Below, in pieces: positions 18,960 to 27,484 of a DNA stretch of 64,000 bases. Below the pieces are notes generated by a model. The model was not told the DNA's origin. It ran no database searches and saw nothing but the letters and a program-made list of their open reading frames with translations. Position 1 is the stretch's first letter; every line of letters starts with the position of its first letter. Position numbers and translations under genes: made by a program. This stretch comes from Dehalococcoidia bacterium (lineage in GTDB: Bacteria > Chloroflexota > Dehalococcoidia > Lucifugimonadales > QGNO01), in contig OZ252212.1 of NCBI GenBank assembly GCA_965248955.1, forward strand, positions 959,042-1,023,041, in the 5' to 3' direction.

Positions 18960-20354
18960 ATGAGCAGCCACCGGACTGTGCCGATGCGCGATGATGCCTG
19001 GCGGGCCGGTGGTGACAACCTTGCGCCGACCCCCGTGACTGACTGGCCCCAACCCTGGTTGGGACGCCTGCTGCTCGTCTCCCTGCTGGTGATGCTGAAC
19101 CTGCCGATGACCTTCACCTTGATTACCCGAACAGACCCATACGGGTTCTTCGCACTGAAGTCCGTATCGGCCTATCCTCTGCCGCTGGTTCTGTCTACCG
19201 GACTGAGTTCGGCTCTTGCCTTGGTGGGGTACGTTTGCTATCGCTGGCTCCGGGGGCGACAGTGGTGGTTCACGGGAGGTCATTGGAGTCCGCTGACCAG
19301 GGGCGTGGTTTTGTGTGTTCCGCCTGTGCTTCTCGCATACCTACCGATCATCGTCCTATCGAGCCACGGGTGGAAGGGAACGCATCTGGCGTTGGGAGCG
19401 GTGATTGCCGGAGCGCTGTGCGTCATCCACGCCCTCAGAGACCCGGAGATGAGCCTTGATCCGGCTCAGGCTCGGTACTGGTTCATCTGTGCCCTGGGCT
19501 CGATCCTTGTGTTCCTCGTCCTCTGCATCGGCGCGATGGTCGTGCTGTACAAGGTCGAGCAGTTCCCCGCGTCCGGCAATATGCTGTGGACATGGGAATA
19601 CCGCTGGCCGGAACTGGGATATCCCCCCGAAGAGTATGACACCTGGCACCGCGACGGCCTCCTGGCCTTTACGGCGATAGGAGTGGCTTTCATGATCGCG
19701 GCGCTGGGTGGAAGCATGTTGGGGTCGATTCTAAGGTGGACGCGGTCGGCGGAGGGCGGCGGCATTGCCCGTCGTACACCGGCCACCAGGCAGCAGAATC
19801 CGGACGCACCTCCTTGGGTCGCCCGAATCGCTCGGCAGATTGAGTCCCTGAGCCCATCCACTGGGAATGAAGCGGAGTATGTCGCCGTGTTCAATGGGTA
19901 CGAGATTGAAATCACGGGCGGCCAATATCAGGGTTTGGTCGGTGCCAAGTTCGATTTGCTCCATGACGTTGACCTGCTTGTAGACAAGGCTGCTGGCAAC
20001 GTGTTCCTTCATACTGATGGGACGTGGGCCAAGCTCGACTTTCGCGTTCGCGACAAAGCCTCGGCCATCCGCAGCGGTCCCTTCTCCCTGTTGTGCATCT
20101 ACGCCCGCAGTCCCGGTAGGCGTTTCGCCAACGGCGAGTTGAGGACCCTTCTGGATAGGGAGTTAGGCAATCACGTGGAGCTCAATGTACGAGACTTCGT
20201 ATTTCAGCTTCAGAGGAGAACTCCCCGGCTGCCCGTAGGACGTGATGCAACGGGGTCTTTCTTGGACGCAGGGGCGAACGTGTGCTTCCTGGACCTGCAG
20301 CGATCGCCAACGGACAACGGCGGCGCTCAGGCCAACGGGCCGCAGCTCCTCTGA
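18960..20354 (+). CDS. Polytopic membrane protein with C-terminal OmpR/PhoB-type winged-helix domain
   Basis: About 270 aa with 6-7 hydrophobic helices. A cytoplasmic domain follows, ending in FSLLCIYARSPGRRFANGELRTLLD...NVRDFVFQLQRR (Trans_reg_C-like pattern). Confidence 0.55.
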   Translation: MSSHRTVPMRDDAWRAGGDNLAPTPVTDWPQPWLGRLLLVSLLVMLNLPMTFTLITRTDPYGFFALKSVSAYPLPLVLSTGLSSALALVGYVCYRWLRGRQWWFTGGHWSPLTRGVVLCVPPVLLAYLPIIVLSSHGWKGTHLALGAVIAGALCVIHALRDPEMSLDPAQARYWFICALGSILVFLVLCIGAMVVLYKVEQFPASGNMLWTWEYRWPELGYPPEEYDTWHRDGLLAFTAIGVAFMIAALGGSMLGSILRWTRSAEGGGIARRTPATRQQNPDAPPWVARIARQIESLSPSTGNEAEYVAVFNGYEIEITGGQYQGLVGAKFDLLHDVDLLVDKAAGNVFLHTDGTWAKLDFRVRDKASAIRSGPFSLLCIYARSPGRRFANGELRTLLDRELGNHVELNVRDFVFQLQRRTPRLPVGRDATGSFLDAGANVCFLDLQRSPTDNGGAQANGPQLL

Positions 20355-20697
20355 ATGCTGCTGTGCCATCGCTGGCAGCCGGGGCTAGTCGACGGGGTAG
20401 ACCCTCCGATGGAGATTTACCCCTCTGAACGCCTGCAGTTCTACGTTTTGCGACGTACACGCTCACTATCCGACGCCTACTCCACTAGGCAACTAGAGGA
20501 TCGCGCGAGAGAATGTAGTGTCGGGCGAGCGCAATTCGGAGAACCGGTCTGAAGGCCCGGCATGCGGGGTTAGGTCGCGGCCTCGCCCGCACCCATGTGC
20601 GGCCGCGGTAGACTTCGCCGGAGACGGCGGTCAGTTCCGGCCGGTACAGGAAGGGCACTAACGCAGGGTGCAGTAGAAGCTGGATGGAGGTAGGCGC

Positions 20698-21093
20698 TTG
20701 GCAAGTTGGCGAAGCTCTCTTGTGATGGCGGGGTTGACTGCGGCGGGCTGTAGCCTATTTGAACAGGACCGGGAGCCTTCTCCGGCTCCGACGGATGTAC
20801 CTACGCCACAGCTCACAGCTGATGTGCAGGGAGAGACCACACCCGAATCTGCGGAGGGGCTGGCTCTTCCTCGTGCAGCTCAGTATCAGTTCGTGGCCTT
20901 AGTGCCCGTCAGCGTTGGAGGAGCGCGCAAAACGTACCGAGACTTAGGGTGCACGCGATGCTCCAATGTGCTAGCAGATAGCCCATACCAAGAGTTTGTG
21001 CTAATTGGCGACCGCCTCTATGACGAGAGAAAGCCGCATGCCGAACGTGAGTTGGGAATATGGAGGGCAATTTGTATAAGGCGGCGCACATGA
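20698..21093 (+). CDS. Small hypothetical lipoprotein
   Basis: Lipobox LTAAGC. Its stop overlaps the ATG of the downstream giant gene (ATGA at 21090-21093), which suggests translational coupling. Confidence 0.5.
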   Translation: MASWRSSLVMAGLTAAGCSLFEQDREPSPAPTDVPTPQLTADVQGETTPESAEGLALPRAAQYQFVALVPVSVGGARKTYRDLGCTRCSNVLADSPYQEFVLIGDRLYDERKPHAERELGIWRAICIRRRT

Positions 21094-24000
21094 CACGATG
21101 GTTGGCTTACGGGATATTGACCGTTGCGCTCGCATGTCTTCTTGGGGGCTGCAACGGGGACTCAGGCGCACCTGAGCCAACCCCTACCGGAGCTGAGTCG
21201 AGGGGGCTCACGGCCACGACGGAACCGAGCTCCACACTGACGCCAGAACCAACCCCCACGGTGGAACCAACTCCCACACCGACGCCAGAACCAACCCCCA
21301 CGGTGGAACCAACTCCCACACCGACGCCAGAACCAACCCCCACGCCTACTCCAGAGCCTACGCTCAAACCCATCGATCCGAATCTATCCATCCTGGACCA
21401 GTTCCCAGCGATAGAGCGTAGCTGTCTGTTACTCGATATGGAAGAGAACCGCTTGTACCGGATCTTCAACCAGGAATCCAGTGCGACGGCCGAAGAATTC
21501 GAGGCCATAGCAGGTTGCATAAGCAGGGACACCGTGACCGCCATGTATATCGGTGCGCTTGCGGAGGGGTTGAGTGTGAGCGGCGAGACGTCGGCCTGTG
21601 CGGTGGGCCGACTGGAGAAGATGGACAAGGACCTCCTAATGCTAGCGTCGATAAACTCCGAGCATGAAACCGCGGTTTACCTTGGCCTTGGTTATGACGA
21701 TGAGGCGCTGCAAGACTTGGGGGCGTCTATTTCGTTGTCTGTGCTCCTCTGCATGGACAAGGAAGAGTGGACGGCCCTCAGCCCATGGGGTCTCAATGTC
21801 GATGATGTGAGCATAGATGCACTCAGATGCTTCCTGAACGAATTGGGGCCGCGGGGCCTCTACGAGTTGGATGCTGCTACCGAGGGCGCAACGCCATCGC
21901 TTGAGCTGTTCTCAGCGGCGGGGAGTTGCGGGATAGACCTGGAGTCGTTGCTGTCAAAACAAACGAGGCCAGAACCCGCACCGACGGTGAGGCCAGCAGT
22001 TCCCGTGCCAACCGCAACCCCCGTGCCGACGGCTGCACCACAGAGGGAACCCGAGGCGACTCCCACCGCAGCGCCAGCGGCTACGGCAGTACCAGAGCCC
22101 ACAGCTGCTCCGACCGCCACTCCAACGGACACGCCCGAGCCGACTCCTACGGACACGCCTACGCCCGCCGCAGTTGATAGGGCCGCGCTGGTGGCGCTCT
22201 ACGAAGCGACGGACGGAGCTAACTGGACGAGCAACCACAACTGGCTGAGCGACAGGCCAATCGGAGAATGGCGCGGCGTAATCGCTGACCTCAGCGGGCG
22301 CGTCACCGAGCTGCTCCTCTCTGAGAACCAGTTGAGCGGCGAGATACCGGCCGAGTTGGGCAACCTCGCCAACCTTCAATACCTGTTCCTCTCTAAGAAC
22401 CAGTTGAGCGGCGAGATACCGGCCGAGCTGGGCAACCTCGCCAACCTTCAATACCTGTTCCTCTCTAAGAACCAGTTGAGCGGCGAGATACCGGCCGAGC
22501 TGGGCAACCTCGCCAACCTTCAATACCTGTTCCTCTCTAAGAACCAGTTGAGCGGCGAGATACCGGCCGAGCTGGGCAACCTCGCCAACCTTCATTCCCT
22601 GCTCCTCTCTGAGAACCAGTTGACCAGGTGCCTACCCGAAGGGTTGCGAGAGATACAGGAAAGTGATTTCAACATCATGTCCATTCGTCCGCCCTTGTGC
22701 GGAACAACCCCGGCGAGCATGATCGCGGCGGGCGGCACAATCGCAGTCCTCCAGTCTCTTGAGTCACTGTCGGGCGCTCATCGGAGAGATGGCACAGAGT
22801 TTGAGTGGTCGCAGGTGTCGGGTCCGCCCGTTGAACTCCTCAATGCGAATGCTGAGTATGCTCGGTTCACGGCCCCGGTGGTCGTTGAAGACACCATCTT
22901 GGTGTTTGTGCTGAAAGCCGAATATCAGAACGACGTCACGGTGATCGATACTGTGCCGATACGCGTCGTTCCCATGAGAACGGAGAGGGTGTTGGCTGCT
23001 TTGGTGGACTTTCTTGACGTGGACCCCAGAGAAAGACCCTTCACCAGAGAAGATATCGTCAAGCTCCTTGAGGCTAATGACGATTCATTGAGCAATTTCA
23101 TTGCTCAGACCTCGCGCAATTTGGTGAGCGTTGACTTTGACGTCCTGGACTGGATCACTGTCGACAAGAACAGGACGGACTACCCGTTAGGTGGTGGCAC
23201 CGTGGTGAAGGACGTCGTCAGCAGGATGTCCGACTTTGCCGACTTGAGTCAGTATGACAAGGTGATGCCGTTAATCTTTCCTCTCGAAAAAGGATATCCC
23301 GGATGCCAGGCTTACCTGTATAAGGACCACTGGAACACGCCAAACGGCCGCTTCCGATTGGGTGCCTTGTGGCTGAGCGGCTATGACATGGGTTGTGTAC
23401 GAAAAGGTAGGATTGCACACGAGTTTGGACACACATTCGCGTTCGTACACTCATATGTGATTCTCTGCCACAGAGAGCCGCCCTTGCCGGCGAGCATGAC
23501 TGACCCCACTGACAAGAACAGCTCCTGCTATACCGTATATGCCGGGGAGAAAGAGGAAGCTAGCATTATCGCCAACCAAGACTTTGACATGCTGGGCGGC
23601 GACCATCGATACGAGAGCTTCTTTCCGGTTCACTTCCACGCAACATGGCAGGATCGAGCCGGATGGTTGGCCGAGGCCCAGGTCGTTGCTGCGAACAGCG
23701 CCGGCGAGTACTGGCTCACCGCTTTGGAATCCCTTACTCCCACACCGAAGGCTGTGAGGATATTCTTGGGAACCGATCACGAGGGAAACTCCCTATACTA
23801 TCTGATCCAACATCGTGAGTTCAGCCCGTGGTCCATGGGTAGCCAGGCGGGGTCTTCGTGCCAAGCCGATGTGAGGCTTGAAGCCTCCAACATATTTAAG
23901 CGTGGGCAATTCAATACTTACTTTTTCAATGGGTATATCGATGGCGTGAGAGTGGATTCCATATCACGCCCGGGTAAGCCGTTATGGGACCCTTACCGTG

Positions 24001-24425
24001 GCATTCGTATCGAAATACTTGACTGCATAGATACTCCAATAGGTGAGGTTGTCAGGATGCAAGTCAACTTTTCCAAACTGGATATTGACCCGCGGGTAGT
24101 CGCCATTTTCGATACTGCCGGAAAAGCGACGATAAAGATGACAAACAACGGCAGCGTACCGATTGACGTTGGCTCTGCCTCGATCGGGGGCAGACATCCG
24201 ACCGCATTTGTCGTTGATTCTGACGAATGCAGTGATTCCACACTGAAATCGAAAGCATCGTGCGAGATCATCCTGTCGCATGTCCCAACCGACACTGAGG
24301 ACGATGAACCCAGCAATCACGGTGTGTTGAAGATCCCGAACAATGACGCATTGGCACCCGAGATGACGGTGAGTCTATTTGCGGCGAATGCAAACCGATC
24401 ACAGCTTCCGCCGACCCGGAAGTGA
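21090..24425 (+). CDS. Large surface lipoprotein: Thr/Pro repeats, leucine-rich repeats, C-terminal HExxH metalloprotease-like domain
   Basis: Signal peptide with lipobox LLGGC and EPTPTVEPTPTPTP tandem repeats. NQLSGEIPAELGNLANLQYLFLSK occurs four times (plant-type LRR). IAHEFGHTFAF lies in the C-terminal region. I placed the start at ATG 21090; the ORF track uses 21060. Confidence 0.85.
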   Translation: MTRWLAYGILTVALACLLGGCNGDSGAPEPTPTGAESRGLTATTEPSSTLTPEPTPTVEPTPTPTPEPTPTVEPTPTPTPEPTPTPTPEPTLKPIDPNLSILDQFPAIERSCLLLDMEENRLYRIFNQESSATAEEFEAIAGCISRDTVTAMYIGALAEGLSVSGETSACAVGRLEKMDKDLLMLASINSEHETAVYLGLGYDDEALQDLGASISLSVLLCMDKEEWTALSPWGLNVDDVSIDALRCFLNELGPRGLYELDAATEGATPSLELFSAAGSCGIDLESLLSKQTRPEPAPTVRPAVPVPTATPVPTAAPQREPEATPTAAPAATAVPEPTAAPTATPTDTPEPTPTDTPTPAAVDRAALVALYEATDGANWTSNHNWLSDRPIGEWRGVIADLSGRVTELLLSENQLSGEIPAELGNLANLQYLFLSKNQLSGEIPAELGNLANLQYLFLSKNQLSGEIPAELGNLANLQYLFLSKNQLSGEIPAELGNLANLHSLLLSENQLTRCLPEGLREIQESDFNIMSIRPPLCGTTPASMIAAGGTIAVLQSLESLSGAHRRDGTEFEWSQVSGPPVELLNANAEYARFTAPVVVEDTILVFVLKAEYQNDVTVIDTVPIRVVPMRTERVLAALVDFLDVDPRERPFTREDIVKLLEANDDSLSNFIAQTSRNLVSVDFDVLDWITVDKNRTDYPLGGGTVVKDVVSRMSDFADLSQYDKVMPLIFPLEKGYPGCQAYLYKDHWNTPNGRFRLGALWLSGYDMGCVRKGRIAHEFGHTFAFVHSYVILCHREPPLPASMTDPTDKNSSCYTVYAGEKEEASIIANQDFDMLGGDHRYESFFPVHFHATWQDRAGWLAEAQVVAANSAGEYWLTALESLTPTPKAVRIFLGTDHEGNSLYYLIQHREFSPWSMGSQAGSSCQADVRLEASNIFKRGQFNTYFFNGYIDGVRVDSISRPGKPLWDPYRGIRIEILDCIDTPIGEVVRMQVNFSKLDIDPRVVAIFDTAGKATIKMTNNGSVPIDVGSASIGGRHPTAFVVDSDECSDSTLKSKASCEIILSHVPTDTEDDEPSNHGVLKIPNNDALAPEMTVSLFAANANRSQLPPTRK
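21243..21345 (+). repeat. 42-bp tandem repeat (about 2.4 copies) encoding PEPTPTVEPTPTPT
   Basis: ccagaaccaacccccacggtggaaccaactcccacaccgacg is repeated identically at 21243 and 21285, and a partial third copy follows. Confidence 0.9.
22317..22604 (+). repeat. 72-bp tandem repeat, 4 copies (LRR units)
   Basis: Units start at 22317, 22389, 22461 and 22533. Units 2 and 3 are identical over 72/72 nt. Units 1 and 4 differ at a few positions. Confidence 0.95.
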
Positions 24426-24485
24426 AGCCGATGCTCTCGGCCCATCGGGAGTCGAAGTTCCGGTGAGGATATTATCATTTATGTC

Positions 24486-24812
24486 ATGGGAAATACCTTT
24501 AGATATAACGAGAGAGTGACTCCTAATGAATTGGGTGATGGTCGAATAGTTTTTGATCCTGAGGCTTGGGGTGTAATGTATGTAACTTCCGATGGTAGAG
24601 ATCCTGGAGGAGATTTTGCTGCGTCTGCTGACTACACTGTAGATAAAAACGGGAGGAGATTTACTTTTGGAGAGCCAAAACTCGTTTCCCTTGACGAAAT
24701 AAAGTTTCCATTTAGGGTCAGGCCGAGCGTCGAGCTCGCCTATGGACCGGCCACGACACCGCCAACGGCCAGCGACGAGACCCCGGAGCCGCAGCAGACG
24801 CTGTTCTCCTAG
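24486..24812 (+). CDS. Hypothetical small protein in a low-GC islet
   Basis: 108-aa ORF. The AT-rich segment at about 24440-24720 contrasts with its flanks. I recognised no domain. Confidence 0.3.
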   Translation: MGNTFRYNERVTPNELGDGRIVFDPEAWGVMYVTSDGRDPGGDFAASADYTVDKNGRRFTFGEPKLVSLDEIKFPFRVRPSVELAYGPATTPPTASDETPEPQQTLFS

Positions 24813-25244
24813 GCCGAGTTCATGGCCGAGGAGCCGGTGAAGCCCAAGGGCCGGAGCCGCAATGGAGGCGTCTTTGCTCGAACTCCATGTCGCTGTGGCC
24901 ACTACGAGCCCTCCAACCCTGGCGGGCTGGAGGCTCGTGGGCCAAGCCGGGTACTGTGTGACTCGCGCCTGTTTTGTTACAGCGAGACCTCCCATCGAAA
25001 AGTTCGCAGTACAGTACACGTAGGCCCGCCAAGGAAGGCTCGAACCATCATGCGGTCCGACGTTGAGGTGGATTACCGGACATCGTGAAGAATGAGATGT
25101 TCTAGGGGCTCGACTGGAATCGGGTGTTACAGAGGCATGGAGCGTAGCGAGCACTAAGACCGACGGTATTGCCCTCACAGCGGTTGTATCGCTAGCCGTG
25201 ACCTTCACTTGCCCAAGGCTCTAGCGCTACCCATCGCTAGCTAC

Positions 25245-25285
25245 GCTCACCGCCCACGAGTACCGCATTTTCTGTTTCTATTGCC
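25245..25285 (-). repeat. Dispersed repeat family, copy 5 (core; long form about 25024-25290)
   Basis: ctcaccgcccacgagtaccgcattttctgtttctattgcc. It is preceded by a long-range stem (gagcgtagc...gctacgctc) and an outer box ccaaggaaggctcgaacc at about 25030. Confidence 0.75.
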
Positions 25286-25530
25286 TCTCACCCATGAGCA
25301 GTGGAGAGTAACATACGTGCGCATTGCGGGAGGAAGGCTGTGCTGGGGCAGCAAGCTGGATGGTCATGAAGCCTCGCCCGGAGAGGATTATAAGTTCACG
25401 TCCGTCAGCAGCAGCCGCTCTCACGGGTGCGTTTTGCGGGACGATGGCGCGGTCCAGTGTTGGCGATGGCCATAAACGAGGGAGCTGGAGTCGCTCTGGT
25501 TGGACCATGACATCGACAACGGTATTCAAG

Positions 25531-25570
25531 TTCACCGCCCACGAGCACCGCAATCTTCTGTGTCGTTGCC
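25531..25570 (-). repeat. Dispersed repeat family, copy 6 (core)
   Basis: ttcaccgcccacgagcaccgcaatcttctgtgtcgttgcc. Confidence 0.7.
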
Positions 25571-25783
25571 CTCAACACCGGATACCGGGTGGGCGGCGAC
25601 ACCGAGCGGACACGATTACCAGCGCTACCCACGCCGTAGACGAACTGGTGCGCAACACGTCTTATGAGTTCCGCGTGAGCGCATACGCGGACGGCGACAC
25701 CTACAAAGACGAGTAGGGTGGCGCAGAGGTATCCGCAACGACCGGAGTCTGAAGCTAAGCCCTAGAGAAGCGACTCTGCCCAT

Positions 25784-26007
25784 TCAGGGAATTAGCCGCC
25801 AACTCCAGTTCCACCACTCCCAGCGGCATCCAAGTCCACCGCCCAAGAGTACCTCAGTTTTTGTAGTCGATTGAGAAATGGGGATGGTGTATGTCAGAAC
25901 GGCCTCTTCTCCCACCACTTCGATGCCCTCCACGAAGTTGCGGATGAGCGCCTTGTGCTCAGGGAATGTCCCTTCCTTTAGAAACTCACGGAAGTCCGCC
26001 ACGTACC
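25784..26007 (-). pseudogene. C-terminal fragment of a large serine recombinase gene (copy A)
   Basis: YVADFREFLKEGTFPEHKALIRNFVEGIEVVGEEAVLTYTIP is the typical extreme C-terminus of large serine recombinases. No catalytic or zinc-ribbon part is present. Confidence 0.55.
25826..25875 (-). repeat. Dispersed repeat family, copy 7 (core)
   Basis: gcatccaagtccaccgcccaagagtacctcagtttttgtagtcgattgag. It overlaps the 3' tail of the recombinase fragment ORF. Confidence 0.75.
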
Positions 26008-26022
26008 TATTCACTAGTGGTG

Positions 26023-26332
26023 GAGCGTCCTGAGTGTGTTGGTGAAAGGATCCAGCACCTGTGTTTGGACAAGGGGTACGACAATCCACCGGGCCATGGT
26101 GGCTCACGGGTACCTGGGACACGTCCGGCGCATAGGGGAGGAGAAACTGGACTCTCAGAGTGTGAAGCGCCATCCGGCGCGGCGGTGGGTTGTGGAGTGC
26201 ACCTTGGCCTGGTTATCCAAATGCCGGGCCATATTGGTGCGCTACGACAAGAGGGTATCCAACTACATCGGCCTGATTCAATTGGCGTGTGCCCTTTTCT
26301 GGTACCGCCGCCAGTGGCAACTGAAGTGTTGA
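26023..26332 (+). mobile_element. 3' fragment of an IS5-family DDE transposase gene, frameshifted
   Basis: HLCLDKGYDNP in one frame is followed by GYLGHVRRIGEEKL...ARRWVVECTLAWLSKCRAILVRYDKRVSNYIGLIQLACALFWYRR in the next. It starts exactly where direct repeat A ends. Confidence 0.75.
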
Positions 26333-26341
26333 GATAGTATT

Positions 26342-27376
26342 TTAGTTCGTAGCAGGACGCCCAGAGACGTCCACCTGGCCGTAGATATCCTCTAGGGCCG
26401 CAAATATCTCGGCTTGAATGCCATCTGCGCCTTCACTGTACAGGTCTTTGGGCCCGCCTATCTCGTTGTTCACCCCCAGGTAAGACTGCGACATCTCAGC
26501 AAAGAACTCCCGTCCGCCTTCCACCCTCATTCCAAATGCGTTCGGCCATAACCCGGCTTCCCGGGCCCTGCCATACAGCCCCAGCCACACTTGGCGAGTC
26601 TCATCATCGAATCCAAGGTTCTCAATGGCGTGGGCCCATTCGTGCACGGTAATATCCTCCGCCCAGAAACGGGTCTGGTCTTCAACCAAATCAAGCAGAT
26701 TTTCCTCTGAGGTCACGGTGGTGGTTTGCTCCGGAACGCCGCCTGCTCCCCGCACCCTGAACGAGTCGTACGGATTGCCGTTGAGGTCCAGCCTCCCTCG
26801 AAGGAACGCCAATTCCGGGATTTCGGTGATATAGCCGTCCTTGGGGATTATTGCCAGTGAGGCTCCCGCTTCCGCCATCCGCTGGGCGATGTCCGGCCGG
26901 TGGGACAGCATTGTGCGGACGATGTCGGCAGCGACCTCCAAGGCCTCTGGCGCCACCGCCCCGGAGGCCTTGACCCGAATGCCATCCACATCTACAACCT
27001 GTGTGTAGTACTGCCCAGGAGTAGCCGTAGGCGCGGAAGCAGGCGTGGGAGTTGGAGTGACAGTCGGAGTCGGTGTTGCCGTAGCTGTAGGGTCAGGAGT
27101 GTTGGTTGGTGTAGGTGTTGCAGTAGGCGTAGGAGTAGGAGTAACAGTTGGCGTCGGTGTTGCCGTAGCTGTAGGGTCAGGAGTGTTGGTTGGTGTAGGT
27201 GTTGCAGTAGGCGTAAGAGAAGAAGGAAGAGATGCAGGTATAGTTAGAGTTACGTCAGGTGTCGGTACAGGGACTTCAGACTCCCTACTTTGGTAACAGG
27301 CAGCCGATGCTGCTAACGCGAGCAGTGCTAGCGCAGTGTTCCTTATCCCAGCTCCGCTCAACCAGCGGGGGTTCAT
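26342..27376 (-). CDS. Secreted lipoprotein with Thr/Pro linker and HExxH zinc-metallopeptidase-like domain
   Basis: I placed the start at MNPRWLSG. Lipobox ASAAC, a duplicated TP-rich linker, and VHEWAHAIEN in the C-terminal domain. Confidence 0.7.
   Translation of the reverse strand: MNPRWLSGAGIRNTALALLALAASAACYQSRESEVPVPTPDVTLTIPASLPSSLTPTATPTPTNTPDPTATATPTPTVTPTPTPTATPTPTNTPDPTATATPTPTVTPTPTPASAPTATPGQYYTQVVDVDGIRVKASGAVAPEALEVAADIVRTMLSHRPDIAQRMAEAGASLAIIPKDGYITEIPELAFLRGRLDLNGNPYDSFRVRGAGGVPEQTTTVTSEENLLDLVEDQTRFWAEDITVHEWAHAIENLGFDDETRQVWLGLYGRAREAGLWPNAFGMRVEGGREFFAEMSQSYLGVNNEIGGPKDLYSEGADGIQAEIFAALEDIYGQVDVSGRPATN
27045..27220. repeat. 84-bp tandem duplication inside the Thr/Pro linker coding region
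   Basis: gtcggtgttgccgtagctgtagggtcaggagtgttggttggtgtaggtgttgcagtaggcgta occurs at 27069 and again at 27153. Confidence 0.85.
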
Positions 27377-27484
27377 TTTTACCTCGTATAAAACTAAGGT
27401 CACGTCCCATAGAGTGGTGTAAGAGTACGTCATCCTGTTGATATCGTCTAGGCCGCTGCCTCTGCGAGTTCAGCTCTGGGTAGA

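Larger units (their letters stand above)
25139..26022. repeat. Direct repeat A (~885 bp) of a 2346-bp-period partial tandem duplication
   Basis: Aligns with 27485-28374, with about 20 substitutions and two small indels by eye. It contains repeat-family copies 5-7, RCC1-like and FN3-like fragments, and a recombinase 3' fragment. Confidence 0.9.

Noticed and set aside
20430-20465. Possible degenerate core copy (cctgcagttctacgttttgcgacg)
   Set aside because: The match to CCGCAGTTTTTCGTTGCGA requires an insertion, and the upstream half of the core is absent. It is too weak to call.
24399-25208. 269-aa minus-strand ORF
   Set aside because: It spans the 3' end of the giant lipoprotein gene, the low-GC islet and repeat copy 5. 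It shows no domain signal and has a heterogeneous composition, so it is most likely a chance open frame.
25245-25875. Possible CRISPR array (three similar ~40-nt motifs in a row)
   Set aside because: The spacing is about 290 bp rather than 25-50 bp. The repeats are only about 70-80% identical, the intervening DNA is made of gene fragments, and no cas genes are present.
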